Shown here one piece after another: positions 17,634 through 26,550 of a stretch of DNA of 64,000 nt. Every line of letters starts with the position of its first letter. Position 1 is the stretch's first letter. The stretch comes from Candidatus Latescibacterota bacterium (lineage in GTDB: Bacteria > Latescibacterota > UBA2968), in assembly GCA_965116885.1 (NCBI GenBank), contig OZ220741.1:3158932-3222931 (forward strand), read 5' to 3'. The position numbers and the translations under genes are program-made. The notes under the pieces are model-generated. The model was not told the DNA's origin. It was given only the letters and a program-made list of their open reading frames with translations, and searched no databases.

Positions 17634-18965
17634 TCACTCACCATCATACACTTCTGTTTGGAACAGGTTATTTTGAAAATCGAGGTACTGCTCTTTTGTC
17701 ATCTCTGGCTTGTGATTTGCAAGGACGGCTTTTGCTTCTGCCGCGTGGTCGTATAGTAGATCCACTGCCATCATTGCCAGTGACTTTGCTGGCTCTACAT
17801 ATCCCATCTCTTTATCGGAAATATGCCATTCGACGCTGTGTCCTGGTCCCGTAGCACCCGACATATAGGGATGAATCGCGGGCATAATGCAGGATATATC
17901 GCCCATATCTGTTGAGCCGGTTCTGTGACCCACTGTACGAAATTCATCTTTTCCAAAACGCGCTCTGGCATTTTTTCCATAGAGTGCCTGCAAATCCGCA
18001 TTGTTTTTTAATGGCATATATCCCGGTAGCGTTTCTATTTCTACTGTTGCGCCAAGTGCTATTGCACCGGCTCGAAGTGCGCGATCTACTTTCATACTGG
18101 CATCGAGAATGGCTTCTGCTGTGCGTCCCCGAACATAAGTTTCCATACAAACTTCGTCGGGTATAACGTTGACCAAATCTCCGCCTTTGGTGATGATGGG
18201 GTGTACCCGAACTGTATCGTGGTCCTGGAATGTTTCACGCTGTGCATTGATGGCACTCAGAGCAATTTGAGCGGCATTTAGAGCATTGATGCCCCGGTGA
18301 GGTGCGCCTCCCGCGTGTGCGGCTTTGCCCACAAACCGAATCATCTTTGCCACAAATCCATTAGATGAGGCGGAGGCCGCGGCTTTGGTCAATGAATCAT
18401 CACTATGTGTATGAATCATAACTGCCATATCGACATCGTCAAAATGCCCGTGCTTGATCAATTCGGGTTTGCCACCCAAAAAGCTCAGTTTACCAGATTT
18501 TACCAGATTCAGACGGTATTCAACCTCTACAAATTCTTCTGCTGGCACGGCAAAAAAGACGACTCGGCCCGCCAAATCGTCAATCACGCGCGCATCCACC
18601 ATGCCCATCATTGCTCCCATCAATCCCGCAATCTGTGCATTGTGACCACAAGCATGTGCGGCACCCGTATCGGGATTGGCATTGGGATGACCGGAGACCA
18701 CGAGCGAGTCGAGTTCGCCAATCAGTGCAACGGTTGGGCCAGGTTCAGTTCCCTGCAACACGCCCTTTACACCTGTAATCGCCAACTCGGTTTCATATGG
18801 CACACCAAACTCATCCATTGTTTGCGATACCAGCTTTGCTGTCTCAAATTCCTTAAATCCCAACTCGGGATTCACCATAATGTGATCGCCAATGCGACAA
18901 ATTTGATCTCGACGTCGATCTATGGCTTCACAAACGCGTTTCTTGAGTTCGGTTTTTATAGACAT
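17634..18965 (-). CDS. M20-family amidohydrolase/peptidase (M20D aminoacylase/hippurate hydrolase-like)
   Basis: The metal-binding signature AHACGHNAQIAGLMGA and the dimerisation-domain architecture fit this family at 443 aa. It lies 18 bp downstream of mraY on the same strand. Confidence 0.7.
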   Translation of the reverse strand: MSIKTELKKRVCEAIDRRRDQICRIGDHIMVNPELGFKEFETAKLVSQTMDEFGVPYETELAITGVKGVLQGTEPGPTVALIGELDSLVVSGHPNANPDTGAAHACGHNAQIAGLMGAMMGMVDARVIDDLAGRVVFFAVPAEEFVEVEYRLNLVKSGKLSFLGGKPELIKHGHFDDVDMAVMIHTHSDDSLTKAAASASSNGFVAKMIRFVGKAAHAGGAPHRGINALNAAQIALSAINAQRETFQDHDTVRVHPIITKGGDLVNVIPDEVCMETYVRGRTAEAILDASMKVDRALRAGAIALGATVEIETLPGYMPLKNNADLQALYGKNARARFGKDEFRTVGHRTGSTDMGDISCIMPAIHPYMSGATGPGHSVEWHISDKEMGYVEPAKSLAMMAVDLLYDHAAEAKAVLANHKPEMTKEQYLDFQNNLFQTEVYDGE

Positions 18966-18983
18966 GTTTTCCTCCGTTTACTT

Positions 18984-20027
18984 CTACCTGATTTTTAGTA
19001 ATAATATCAGCAAGAGAGGCGTTACAATGGCTTGTAAGAGCGTAAATCTGACCAGTACCTGTGTATTGGACCAGCCCCATTTTTGACGGACGTGATCGTG
19101 CAGGGGATAACGCACCTGTTTGAAAATGCCGATTTTTAAAAAGCGCAACAAAGCGACTTTCAGAAGGCCTGTTGCGCCATTGACCAGCACCACCCCGGCA
19201 ACTACGATAATCAAAAACGGATTGCCACACGCCAGGACCAGCATACCGAGTAATAAGCCCAGAGGACGAGATCCGGCATCGCCCATTAACACGGCACTTG
19301 GATTGGCATTGTGCCACAAGTAGCCCACCAAACACCCCGTCATGACAAAAGCCATCACGGCCCAATTCGCGCCCTCTTTGTAGTGTGGCACAAGCAGGTA
19401 TTGGGCGATATCCCGATGTCCTACAATGCCGTATAGTGCACCACCTAAAAAAATAAAGGCCAGCATGCACAAACTGCCCGATAGGCCATCCACGCCGTCT
19501 GTGCAATTTGTAGCGTTAATCGTCATCCACAACAAGCACGTAGCAATAGGGATATAAATCCAGGGTGGGACAATAACCGGTGTTTTAATGAGCGGCAGCC
19601 ACACTTCAACTGATGCCATCTGGCACACTACCATCGCACCCAAAATGGAGATGATCAGATCGAATAACCCCATGCGGTATTCACTCCACTCATAGCGGTC
19701 ATCGAGAAATCCCACCAGCATCGCCAAAAACAGGCACCCCAATGCGGCCAGATAGCGCGTTCCAAGCGGCACAAATAAAAATCCGACGACAATAAAAATA
19801 GAAATAAAAATAATACCTGCCCCTACGGGTTTGCCCTTATTTTGGGCGGCGCCAACAGCATGCGCTCGCCCCTGATCGCGCGGTAATCGGTGCCACAATT
19901 TGGGCAAAATTCTCCAGGTGAACACGCAGGCGAGCGCGGTACCTGCACCAACTAAAAATAAATGAGAAGTAAAGAGGCGAAATGGCCCATAGACGTTCAA
20001 AAGTTGCTCCCCCAGCCAGTAGAGCAC
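18984..20027 (-). CDS. mraY: Phospho-N-acetylmuramoyl-pentapeptide transferase MraY
   Basis: The N-terminus MLYWLGEQLLNVYGPFRLFT parallels E. coli MraY. The DD motif VGFLDDRYEW, the NATNCTDGVDGLSGSL loop and the PLHDHVRQKWGW His-motif are present across 10 TM segments. Confidence 0.8.
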   Translation of the reverse strand: MLYWLGEQLLNVYGPFRLFTSHLFLVGAGTALACVFTWRILPKLWHRLPRDQGRAHAVGAAQNKGKPVGAGIIFISIFIVVGFLFVPLGTRYLAALGCLFLAMLVGFLDDRYEWSEYRMGLFDLIISILGAMVVCQMASVEVWLPLIKTPVIVPPWIYIPIATCLLWMTINATNCTDGVDGLSGSLCMLAFIFLGGALYGIVGHRDIAQYLLVPHYKEGANWAVMAFVMTGCLVGYLWHNANPSAVLMGDAGSRPLGLLLGMLVLACGNPFLIIVVAGVVLVNGATGLLKVALLRFLKIGIFKQVRYPLHDHVRQKWGWSNTQVLVRFTLLQAIVTPLLLILLLKIR

Positions 20028-20144
20028 AGCACAATCTCCCGTGTGATATGATTTGAAAAACGAAACAAATCAAGACCAATGTAAGGTCTCTATGATTAAA
20101 GGGCAAGTCTGAACTCATAGCTGGTTCCATTTGAAAGAAAAACC

Positions 20145-20400
20145 TTGACGCGAAAACAGAGACTTTCTATTTTGTGTACTATGAACGCATTGATCAAAAA
20201 CCCGGTTATTTTTTCAAATCCAAACACAATTTTGGCCGGGGATGCGTTTGTCCATACTGCCCAGCATCATACCCATCATGCTACGTCTGCGACTTTTTGC
20301 ATGATATGCTCGGCGGTGGATATGTCATAACAGTTTGTCCAATGAAATGAACAAGCCCGCTGTCGAGAGACAGTGGGCTTTTTTTTTTAGGAGAATGACA
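20145..20400 (+). promoter_or_regulatory. Putative hisI leader/attenuator: promoter, His-rich leader ORF, intrinsic terminator abutting the hisI RBS
   Basis: The promoter reads TTGACG (20145..20150), a 17-bp spacer and TATTTT. The leader ORF to the TAA at 20328 contains VHTAQHHTHHATS, with 5 His codons (all CAT) in 9 positions at 20253..20279. A 10-bp hairpin gcccgctgtc-gaga-gacagtgggc (20355..20378) is followed by 10 Ts (20379..20388), then AGGAG (20389..20393) and the hisI ATG at 20401. Confidence 0.35.
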
Positions 20401-20829
20401 ATGTCTATTAATCGTCAACTCGAAGAAGGCACAGAACTTCATCTCGATTTTGAAAAGCTACGCAAGGTTGCACAAACCGACCATTCCGTCATTCCCGTTG
20501 CTGTACAGGATGTGGATAGCAAAGCCGTTCTCTTGATCGGCTATGTCAACGAACGGGCACTTGATTACGCGCTTGAACACCGCGTGGCAACATTCTGGAG
20601 TACTTCGCGCAATGAACTCTGGATCAAAGGGGCTACGTCTGGCGATATGCTCGAACTGGTCGATGTGCGTATCAACTGCGAGCAAAATTCACTGCTTTAT
20701 CTCGTGCGCCTCAAAGGCGATGGATCGTGTCATACGAAAGAAAATGGTCGAGCGCGTTACGGCTGTTATTACCGCAGTATCGATAATGGAAAATTGACAT
20801 TTGTAAATCCCAAAACCATACCGGAGTAA
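20401..20829 (+). CDS. hisI: Phosphoribosyl-AMP cyclohydrolase HisI
   Basis: The conserved core IPVAVQD…LLIGYVNERAL…FWSTSRNELWIKGATSGD…CEQNSLLYLV…CHT is present. An SD AGGAG lies 7 nt upstream. Confidence 0.85.
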   Translation: MSINRQLEEGTELHLDFEKLRKVAQTDHSVIPVAVQDVDSKAVLLIGYVNERALDYALEHRVATFWSTSRNELWIKGATSGDMLELVDVRINCEQNSLLYLVRLKGDGSCHTKENGRARYGCYYRSIDNGKLTFVNPKTIPE

Positions 20830-20835
20830 TGAGTC

Positions 20836-21336
20836 ATGTCATCAGAGGTCGTTACCCGAATCCGTTCAGATCAATGGCGGATACTCAGGGATGTGCGCCT
20901 CCGCGCACTTGAAGATGCGCCTTACGCTTTTAGTACAACGCTATCAGAAGGCGAAAAAAGAACTAATAGAGACTGGCAGGATATGGCGAGGGACCATGCT
21001 ACTCTGTCGGATCGCGCCTATTTTATAGCTTATGTGGGGGATAATCCCTGTGGCATGGCGGGGTGTTATCGCAGAGCATCAAACGTAGTAATGCTCACCG
21101 CGATGTGGGTCGCGCCCGAATTTCGGGGGAAAAATATCGGTGAGCAGATTGTGTGCGCGGTCATAGAATGGGCACGAGAGGGTGGGGCCACCACGCTTGA
21201 AGCCTGGGTCAGCGAAAATAATCCAGCGCGTTTTTTTTATCAAAAAATCGGATTTGAAGAGACCAGTTTAACCGAACCGCTTCGCTCAGATTCCAAAATT
21301 CAGATCATTTTGATCAGGCGCGATATTGTACCCTGA
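20836..21336 (+). CDS. GNAT-family N-acetyltransferase
   Basis: The acetyl-CoA binding motif region MWVAPEFRGKNIGEQIV is present and the 166-aa length fits a GNAT fold. Confidence 0.7.
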   Translation: MSSEVVTRIRSDQWRILRDVRLRALEDAPYAFSTTLSEGEKRTNRDWQDMARDHATLSDRAYFIAYVGDNPCGMAGCYRRASNVVMLTAMWVAPEFRGKNIGEQIVCAVIEWAREGGATTLEAWVSENNPARFFYQKIGFEETSLTEPLRSDSKIQIILIRRDIVP

Positions 21337-21454
21337 AATCCGGGTTGATTCGCAATCTTCTCAATACTATATTGCTCACATGAGAAATGGTGTACAAATG
21401 CGACAGCAATTCATTCGGACAAATCAGAGCACCCGACGACAGGAGGGAGAAAAC

Positions 21455-22429
21455 GTGGGTTATGATCTCAAAGTTTTTTCGGGCAATACCAATCGGCCAT
21501 TGGCAGAAGATATTTGCAATATTCTCGACACTCGGCTTGCCGAAGCCACTGTGACTCGTTTTTCTGGTGGTGAAACACATGTGCAAATTGATGAAAACGT
21601 GCGCGGCTGTGATGTTTTTATTGTGCAACCTCTTTGTGCAAATGAAGAAGAAGGCATCTCGCCCAATGACGCCTTGATGGAACTTCTCATCTTGATTGAT
21701 GCTGCGCGACGCGCCTCTGCGCGACGCGTCACAGCGGTTGTGCCCTATTATGGCTATGCACGGCAGGATCGCAAAGACCGTCCCCGCGTGCCTATCACGG
21801 CCAAACTGGTCGCCAATATGATTTATACCGCTGGAGCGCGGCGAGTTCTAACTCTGGACCTGCACGCCAATCAGATCCAGGGTTTTTTTGACATACCCGT
21901 TGATCACCTCTACTCCATTAACATTTTAGGCGAATACTTCAGGCTAAAAAATTTCAAAGATCTCGTTGTTATGGCACCCGATGTCGGCGGTATAAAAATG
22001 GCGCGCGCTTATGCCGAATTGCTCGGTGCGCCGTTGGCTATTGTAGATAAACGCCGCTGGAGTGGTCAAAAAACCGAGGTTCTGAACGTCATTGGTGAGG
22101 TGAAAGACAAAAATATCGTCATTGTTGACGATATTATCTCTACGGGTAGTTCCCTAATCGAAGCCGCCTCTGCACTCAAAGACAAAGGCGCGCGCGATAT
22201 ATGCGCTACCATCGTCCACCCGGTGCTGGCAGATCCCGCTGTTGAGCGCGTGGAGAATTCCATTCTTACAGAGCTTGTTGTTTCCAATTCTATTCCCGTG
22301 CCCAAACGCGCCCAAAATGGGAAAATCAAAATTCTGTCAGTTGCCCCTATTCTCGCCGAATCCATCCGCCGCATCAACAATGATGAATCCGTCAGCAATC
22401 TCTTTGCGAATGCGAGGGTTGAGGGATGA
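21455..22429 (+). CDS. prs: Ribose-phosphate pyrophosphokinase (PRPP synthetase)
   Basis: The core LKVFSGNTNRPLAEDIC…DVFIVQ… and the PRPP-binding loop VIVDDIISTGSS are present. The start was chosen at the GTG after AGGGAG, and the ORF-track start 21326 is an upstream extension. Confidence 0.85.
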   Translation: MGYDLKVFSGNTNRPLAEDICNILDTRLAEATVTRFSGGETHVQIDENVRGCDVFIVQPLCANEEEGISPNDALMELLILIDAARRASARRVTAVVPYYGYARQDRKDRPRVPITAKLVANMIYTAGARRVLTLDLHANQIQGFFDIPVDHLYSINILGEYFRLKNFKDLVVMAPDVGGIKMARAYAELLGAPLAIVDKRRWSGQKTEVLNVIGEVKDKNIVIVDDIISTGSSLIEAASALKDKGARDICATIVHPVLADPAVERVENSILTELVVSNSIPVPKRAQNGKIKILSVAPILAESIRRINNDESVSNLFANARVEG

Positions 22430-22461
22430 AATGCGCGAGACGTAAAGGGTTTGATTTATAA

Positions 22462-22500
22462 AATAAAAACCGACCTCATTATCAGGTCGGTTTTTATTTT
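22462..22500. terminator. Bidirectional intrinsic terminator: ccgacct-cattatc-aggtcgg followed by tttttatttt and preceded by aaataaaaa
   Basis: A perfect 7-bp stem with A and T tracts on either side lies between convergent prs and the OMP gene. Confidence 0.6.
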
Positions 22501-22533
22501 GTAAAGCGTTACAGTTCTGCACTGAAAACGGCG

Positions 22534-23070
22534 TCACGGTTTGCCGATGTTAAAGCCAATCCCCACGGCTGTGCGCAGGGCACTTGCGTCTTCTTCCTCG
22601 CCGATGACCCAGCGAACCTCAAATAAAATCTCCATTCTGCGGTCCAATAATTGTTTTTCCATGCCGACCATAATAAAGTGAAGCGCAACCTGATATTCAT
22701 TTTGAAATTCGTTGATGATCAGCCTTTCGCGCCGCACCCGGTTCACTCCCAATCCACCGCCCATATACGCATATGCAGTTCCCGATTTATGCGGCCACAA
22801 GTACTTTAGAAAAGCCCCACCGCCTCTCGCCTGAATCTCTGTGCCGTCGAGGTCGGATCCGCTTCCTGTCTCAGCTCCTACCTCGAGGCGAAGATTGGGC
22901 GAAAATACAGTTGCAATATCTGCTTGAAGTACAAAGAAATGCCGCGTGTCGTTTGCCTGTACAACGTCTAAACCAACCTTAGTAGCCAGATTGTAGAGCT
23001 TAAAACCGGCCTGGGCACTTGTTGTAAAAAAAATTAAAACTAAAAGTCCGACACCAGCAAAAACCCTCAT
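22534..23070 (-). CDS. Small outer-membrane beta-barrel protein (hypothetical porin-like)
   Basis: Signal peptide MRVFAGVGLLVLIFFTTSAQA is present with alternating hydrophobic strands. It is the last gene of a TPR/DUF971/OMP minus-strand unit. Confidence 0.4.
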   Translation of the reverse strand: MRVFAGVGLLVLIFFTTSAQAGFKLYNLATKVGLDVVQANDTRHFFVLQADIATVFSPNLRLEVGAETGSGSDLDGTEIQARGGGAFLKYLWPHKSGTAYAYMGGGLGVNRVRRERLIINEFQNEYQVALHFIMVGMEKQLLDRRMEILFEVRWVIGEEEDASALRTAVGIGFNIGKP

Positions 23071-23088
23071 AATAATCTCCTCACAGCA

Positions 23089-23400
23089 CTACGACGCCAG
23101 TGCTAATTTTTTGAGATAAGAATAGGTATAAATTCCCGTATCGTGTCCATCTGTCCACCGAATTTGGATGGCATAATTTCCGACTGGAATGACATCCGAC
23201 AGATCTGCCGATGGCGTTTGATCCGCAGTAATCATCTGCAATTGCTCGTCTTGCTTTGCCCGCAGGTCCCCACACAATGCACACGGGCAGGCTTTTCGCA
23301 CATCGGATAATCTCACGCGCAAAATCTCATCGTCTGCCCAATCCATTTCGAGCCATCCCGCTGCGCGATCAACGCGGATACGTTTGGGTTTTTCTGCCAC
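23089..23400 (-). CDS. DUF971 family protein (gamma-butyrobetaine hydroxylase-like N-terminal domain)
   Basis: The family signature CPCALCGD…VGNYAIQIRWTDGHDTGIYTYSYL is present. Confidence 0.6.
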   Translation of the reverse strand: MAEKPKRIRVDRAAGWLEMDWADDEILRVRLSDVRKACPCALCGDLRAKQDEQLQMITADQTPSADLSDVIPVGNYAIQIRWTDGHDTGIYTYSYLKKLALAS

Positions 23401-23410
23401 AACCAGCCCC

Positions 23411-24103
23411 CTAACGCTTCAATTGATGCCTTAATCCCAATTCCTGAAGCAAAATACCGTATTGCTCGCGCAGATTGTTTTGCAGAGCAAAGGCGCGGTT
23501 ATAGGCGATTGCGGCATCTTCAAAAAACCCCTGAGCTGTCAGCGCGCGCCCCATTAAAATGTAATTGAGCGCGTAATGGGGCCTGCGTTCTGCGGTCTCA
23601 CTGGCCATGTCGAGTGCCCGCTCTAATTGGCCCTTTTTCAGGTAAATCCAGCCCAAACCCTGATAGGCTGCGATGACATCGGGATTCAGGGCAAGCCCCT
23701 GCTGATAATATTGCTCTGATAGAATTATATCGCCTATTCGCTGATATAAATATCCAAGCGTGACGAGAGCGCTTGCGTCAGTCGAGTCCTGGACGGTCAA
23801 TAGCTGGCAGGCGTCAATTGCGCGATCAAAATCTTTCATTCGCAAATAAGACGATATGAGAAGGCGCAATGCTTGTGTGTGTACAGGATTTTGTTCTAAA
23901 ATATCGCGCAAGACGACAGTAGCAGCACCGGGATTGCCAGCTTCCAGAGAATCGACAACACTTTTCAATGTGGGGTCGAGAATTACAGCCATCGAATCAT
24001 CCGAAACCACGACCATCGATTCACTGCTTTCAAACATCTCTTGGGCATTGGAATTCTCTGCACCCAAAAGCATAACAACGATTATTCCCAGTCGCAGTAT
24101 CAT
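23411..24103 (-). CDS. Secreted tetratricopeptide-repeat (TPR) protein
   Basis: A signal peptide is followed by multiple TPR-like helical repeats (…ALVTLGYLYQRIGD…AYQGLGWIYLKKGQ…). Confidence 0.6.
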   Translation of the reverse strand: MILRLGIIVVMLLGAENSNAQEMFESSESMVVVSDDSMAVILDPTLKSVVDSLEAGNPGAATVVLRDILEQNPVHTQALRLLISSYLRMKDFDRAIDACQLLTVQDSTDASALVTLGYLYQRIGDIILSEQYYQQGLALNPDVIAAYQGLGWIYLKKGQLERALDMASETAERRPHYALNYILMGRALTAQGFFEDAAIAYNRAFALQNNLREQYGILLQELGLRHQLKR

Positions 24104-24591
24104 ATACTTTCCTGACAGTACCTAAAAATCGCGTAACGCTTTAGATATGCCCACTCAGCAGAGTCGGGAGGCGATGTACAACTGGTCGTTAGACCAGTTC
24201 AAAGGATTTCCCTCCTACGATACACCTGTTGGAGCGGCATCCTTGCCGCGATCAATTTTCCTCTATAGATACAAGGGACGTCCAGTGTAGGGCCATTGAA
24301 CGGATGACTTTGGCAAATTCAGTCGAGTTGTCGCAGTTGTATCCCAAACAATGGGATCGATTATGGGATATTCAGTAGAGGTATGTGGCAAAATATTGTT
24401 TGTGCGATATAAGCGCAGACTTTGGCGTATAGAAAGGCCCGGCTCGTAAATTTCAATGGCCGGGCGATTGCACCACATCACAAGAACAAGGTCGGGGTCG
24501 ATCTCGATTCGCTGACAAATCAATTTGAGTATCAAGTAAACACTCGCCATAAATTTGGTCATAGAAGGCTTTCTATTTGTGGCCTTGGTCA

Positions 24592-25434
24592 CTAACCGCT
24601 CTTGCTGCCAAACGCGGCGACAAAGAGGAGAAAGTCTGGAAATTCAACTGTGCCGTTTCCATCCAGATCCATACGGGCATCAAAACCGTCATCAGATGAA
24701 GACTTGCCAAATTGCGCGACAAAGAGGAGAAAATCTGTAAAATCAACTTCGCCACTGCTATCAAAATCACCAGTTAGCGTAGTCGGTGGTGGCGGTGGTG
24801 GCGGTGGCGGCGGTGTTCCCGTATCTGTTGCTTTCGCAAAAGTAATTACGATCCTGATTGGATCATCTGGCGGTACATGCTGAGAAAGTGCGCTCATAGC
24901 CAGAGGTCTTACAGCTTCGGATAATGACTGCAGTAATTCATCTAAGAGAAGCGGGCGTATGATCTTTAGTGAATCCGTCGTGGCTGTGTACGTATAATTG
25001 AGCGGATCTTCATTTTCGCGTGTTATGGTGAGTGCATGGGTATCAGACGCGACCGTGTAATTGCCTGTGTATTGGCTCGTATCGAGTACAGCGACCGTAA
25101 GCGGAACCAATAACACCGCAGAGATATTGGTCGCTGTCCTGTAGTCAGATTTAACACTGCCATCTGAACCAAAAGTTATTGTGCCGTTGGTCTCGCCTTC
25201 AACGGTAAGAGGCGATACGGCCTGCACGAGCCCGGCCGGGACATAAGCGTTCAGCCCGACCTTCTCAGCTACCCAGGAGCCGACGATCTCGCCACCTTGC
25301 GGCGTGGGAGTTTCTGGTATCAATCCCGCATTCGCCTGTCCAAAAGTTATGAACGCCGTTATAAGTAGAGCGCAGTTTCTCAATACCTTAAACTGCCATT
25401 TTTTGACCGCGACGCCAAAATTTGATCCGTTCAT
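24592..25434 (-). CDS. Secreted protein with C-terminal dockerin-type domain and poly-proline linker
   Basis: A signal peptide precedes a beta-rich domain, a PPPPPPPPPPP linker, and two Ca-binding dockerin repeats GDFDSSGEVDFTDFLLFVAQFG and DLDGNGTVEFPDFLLFVAAFG. These are encoded by a ~40-bp nucleotide direct repeat at about 24600..24760. Confidence 0.6.
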   Translation of the reverse strand: MNGSNFGVAVKKWQFKVLRNCALLITAFITFGQANAGLIPETPTPQGGEIVGSWVAEKVGLNAYVPAGLVQAVSPLTVEGETNGTITFGSDGSVKSDYRTATNISAVLLVPLTVAVLDTSQYTGNYTVASDTHALTITRENEDPLNYTYTATTDSLKIIRPLLLDELLQSLSEAVRPLAMSALSQHVPPDDPIRIVITFAKATDTGTPPPPPPPPPPTTLTGDFDSSGEVDFTDFLLFVAQFGKSSSDDGFDARMDLDGNGTVEFPDFLLFVAAFGSKSG

Positions 25435-25597
25435 ATTCCCTCCTCCAGTGTTCATTTGTTTCTTCTAAAACACACGATCACTTTTCAATTTACGCAATTC
25501 GCGTGTCCTCTGCAATACTTAAACGCTTGTTGTCAAATCTTTCATCGCGTGCTATTTTGAAGTATCCCGTAAAATGATACTTGCGAAAGGAGCGCGT

Positions 25598-26542
25598 ATG
25601 CAATATCGAGTTCTCGTCGATGTCGATCTTCCCGATGAAATTCCAGAGATGATGAATAATCGCTGTGAACTTCACATTTTGGCACACGGCGATGTTTCAG
25701 ATGAAAAATTCGCGTCTGCACAAGGGCTGCTCACCTATGGACACCCGATTATCGGCGGTGATTTTATGGATCGCATGCCCAATTTGAAAATTATCAGCAA
25801 TTTTGGAGTTGGCGTAGATCACATTGACCTGTTAGCAGCCAAACAGCGCGGGATTCCAGTGGGGAATACGCCCAATATGCTCGATGGCGCGACAGCCGAT
25901 ATGACTTTTGCAATGCTTATGGCTGCGGCTCGCAATATCGTTATTGGGGATCGCTTTGCTCGCAGTGCGGCGTTTACGCACTACGATCCACGCATTTTGA
26001 TCGGACACGAAATTCACGGTACAACATTGGGTATTGTTGGCATGGGGAATATCGGCAAGGAGGTCGCGCGGCGGTCTCGGGGATTTGACATGGATGTGCT
26101 CTATCACAACCGAAAACCAGATCCCAAAGCCGAGGCCGAGTTGGGTGCGACTTATGTATCTCTCAACGATTTGCTCGAACAATCGGATTTTGTCACTTTG
26201 AATGTGCCTCTGACTGAGGAAACGCGAAATATGATTGGTCGAGATCAACTCAGGCGAATGAAGAGAACCGCCATACTGGTCAATCTGGCGCGCGGAGGTG
26301 TTATCGATCACGATGCACTCGTAGAAGCGCTTGAGAATAATTGGATCGCGGTTGCCGCGCTCGATGTGACCGAGCCAGAACCCCTTCCTCGCGATCATCC
26401 CCTCCTGTCTCTGGATAATGTGGTTATAGTTCCCCACCTGGGCAGTGCCACACGCCAGACGCGCATAGCAATGGCTCAGCGCACAGTAGATAATCTTATA
26501 GCTGGACTCACGGATCAACCATTGATCACTTATGTGGTGTGA
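25598..26542 (+). CDS. D-isomer-specific 2-hydroxyacid dehydrogenase (glyoxylate/hydroxypyruvate reductase-like)
   Basis: The Rossmann motif GIVGMGNIGKEVARR and the catalytic R/E/H region are present. An SD AAGGAG lies 5 nt upstream of the ATG at 25598. Confidence 0.8.
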   Translation: MQYRVLVDVDLPDEIPEMMNNRCELHILAHGDVSDEKFASAQGLLTYGHPIIGGDFMDRMPNLKIISNFGVGVDHIDLLAAKQRGIPVGNTPNMLDGATADMTFAMLMAAARNIVIGDRFARSAAFTHYDPRILIGHEIHGTTLGIVGMGNIGKEVARRSRGFDMDVLYHNRKPDPKAEAELGATYVSLNDLLEQSDFVTLNVPLTEETRNMIGRDQLRRMKRTAILVNLARGGVIDHDALVEALENNWIAVAALDVTEPEPLPRDHPLLSLDNVVIVPHLGSATRQTRIAMAQRTVDNLIAGLTDQPLITYVV

Positions 26543-26550
26543 GATAGGTG

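Noticed and set aside
24263-24592. 109-aa minus-strand ORF downstream of the dockerin gene
   Set aside because: Its start overlaps the dockerin stop codon. It has no SD and no recognisable domain or hydrophobic pattern. It is kept only as a note inside the 24104..24591 gap finding.
24780-24815. G-rich run ggtggtggcggtggtggcggtggcggcggtg, a possible G-quadruplex or simple sequence repeat
   Set aside because: It is the plus-strand complement of the CCN codons encoding the 11-proline linker of the dockerin protein, so it is coding and not an independent element.
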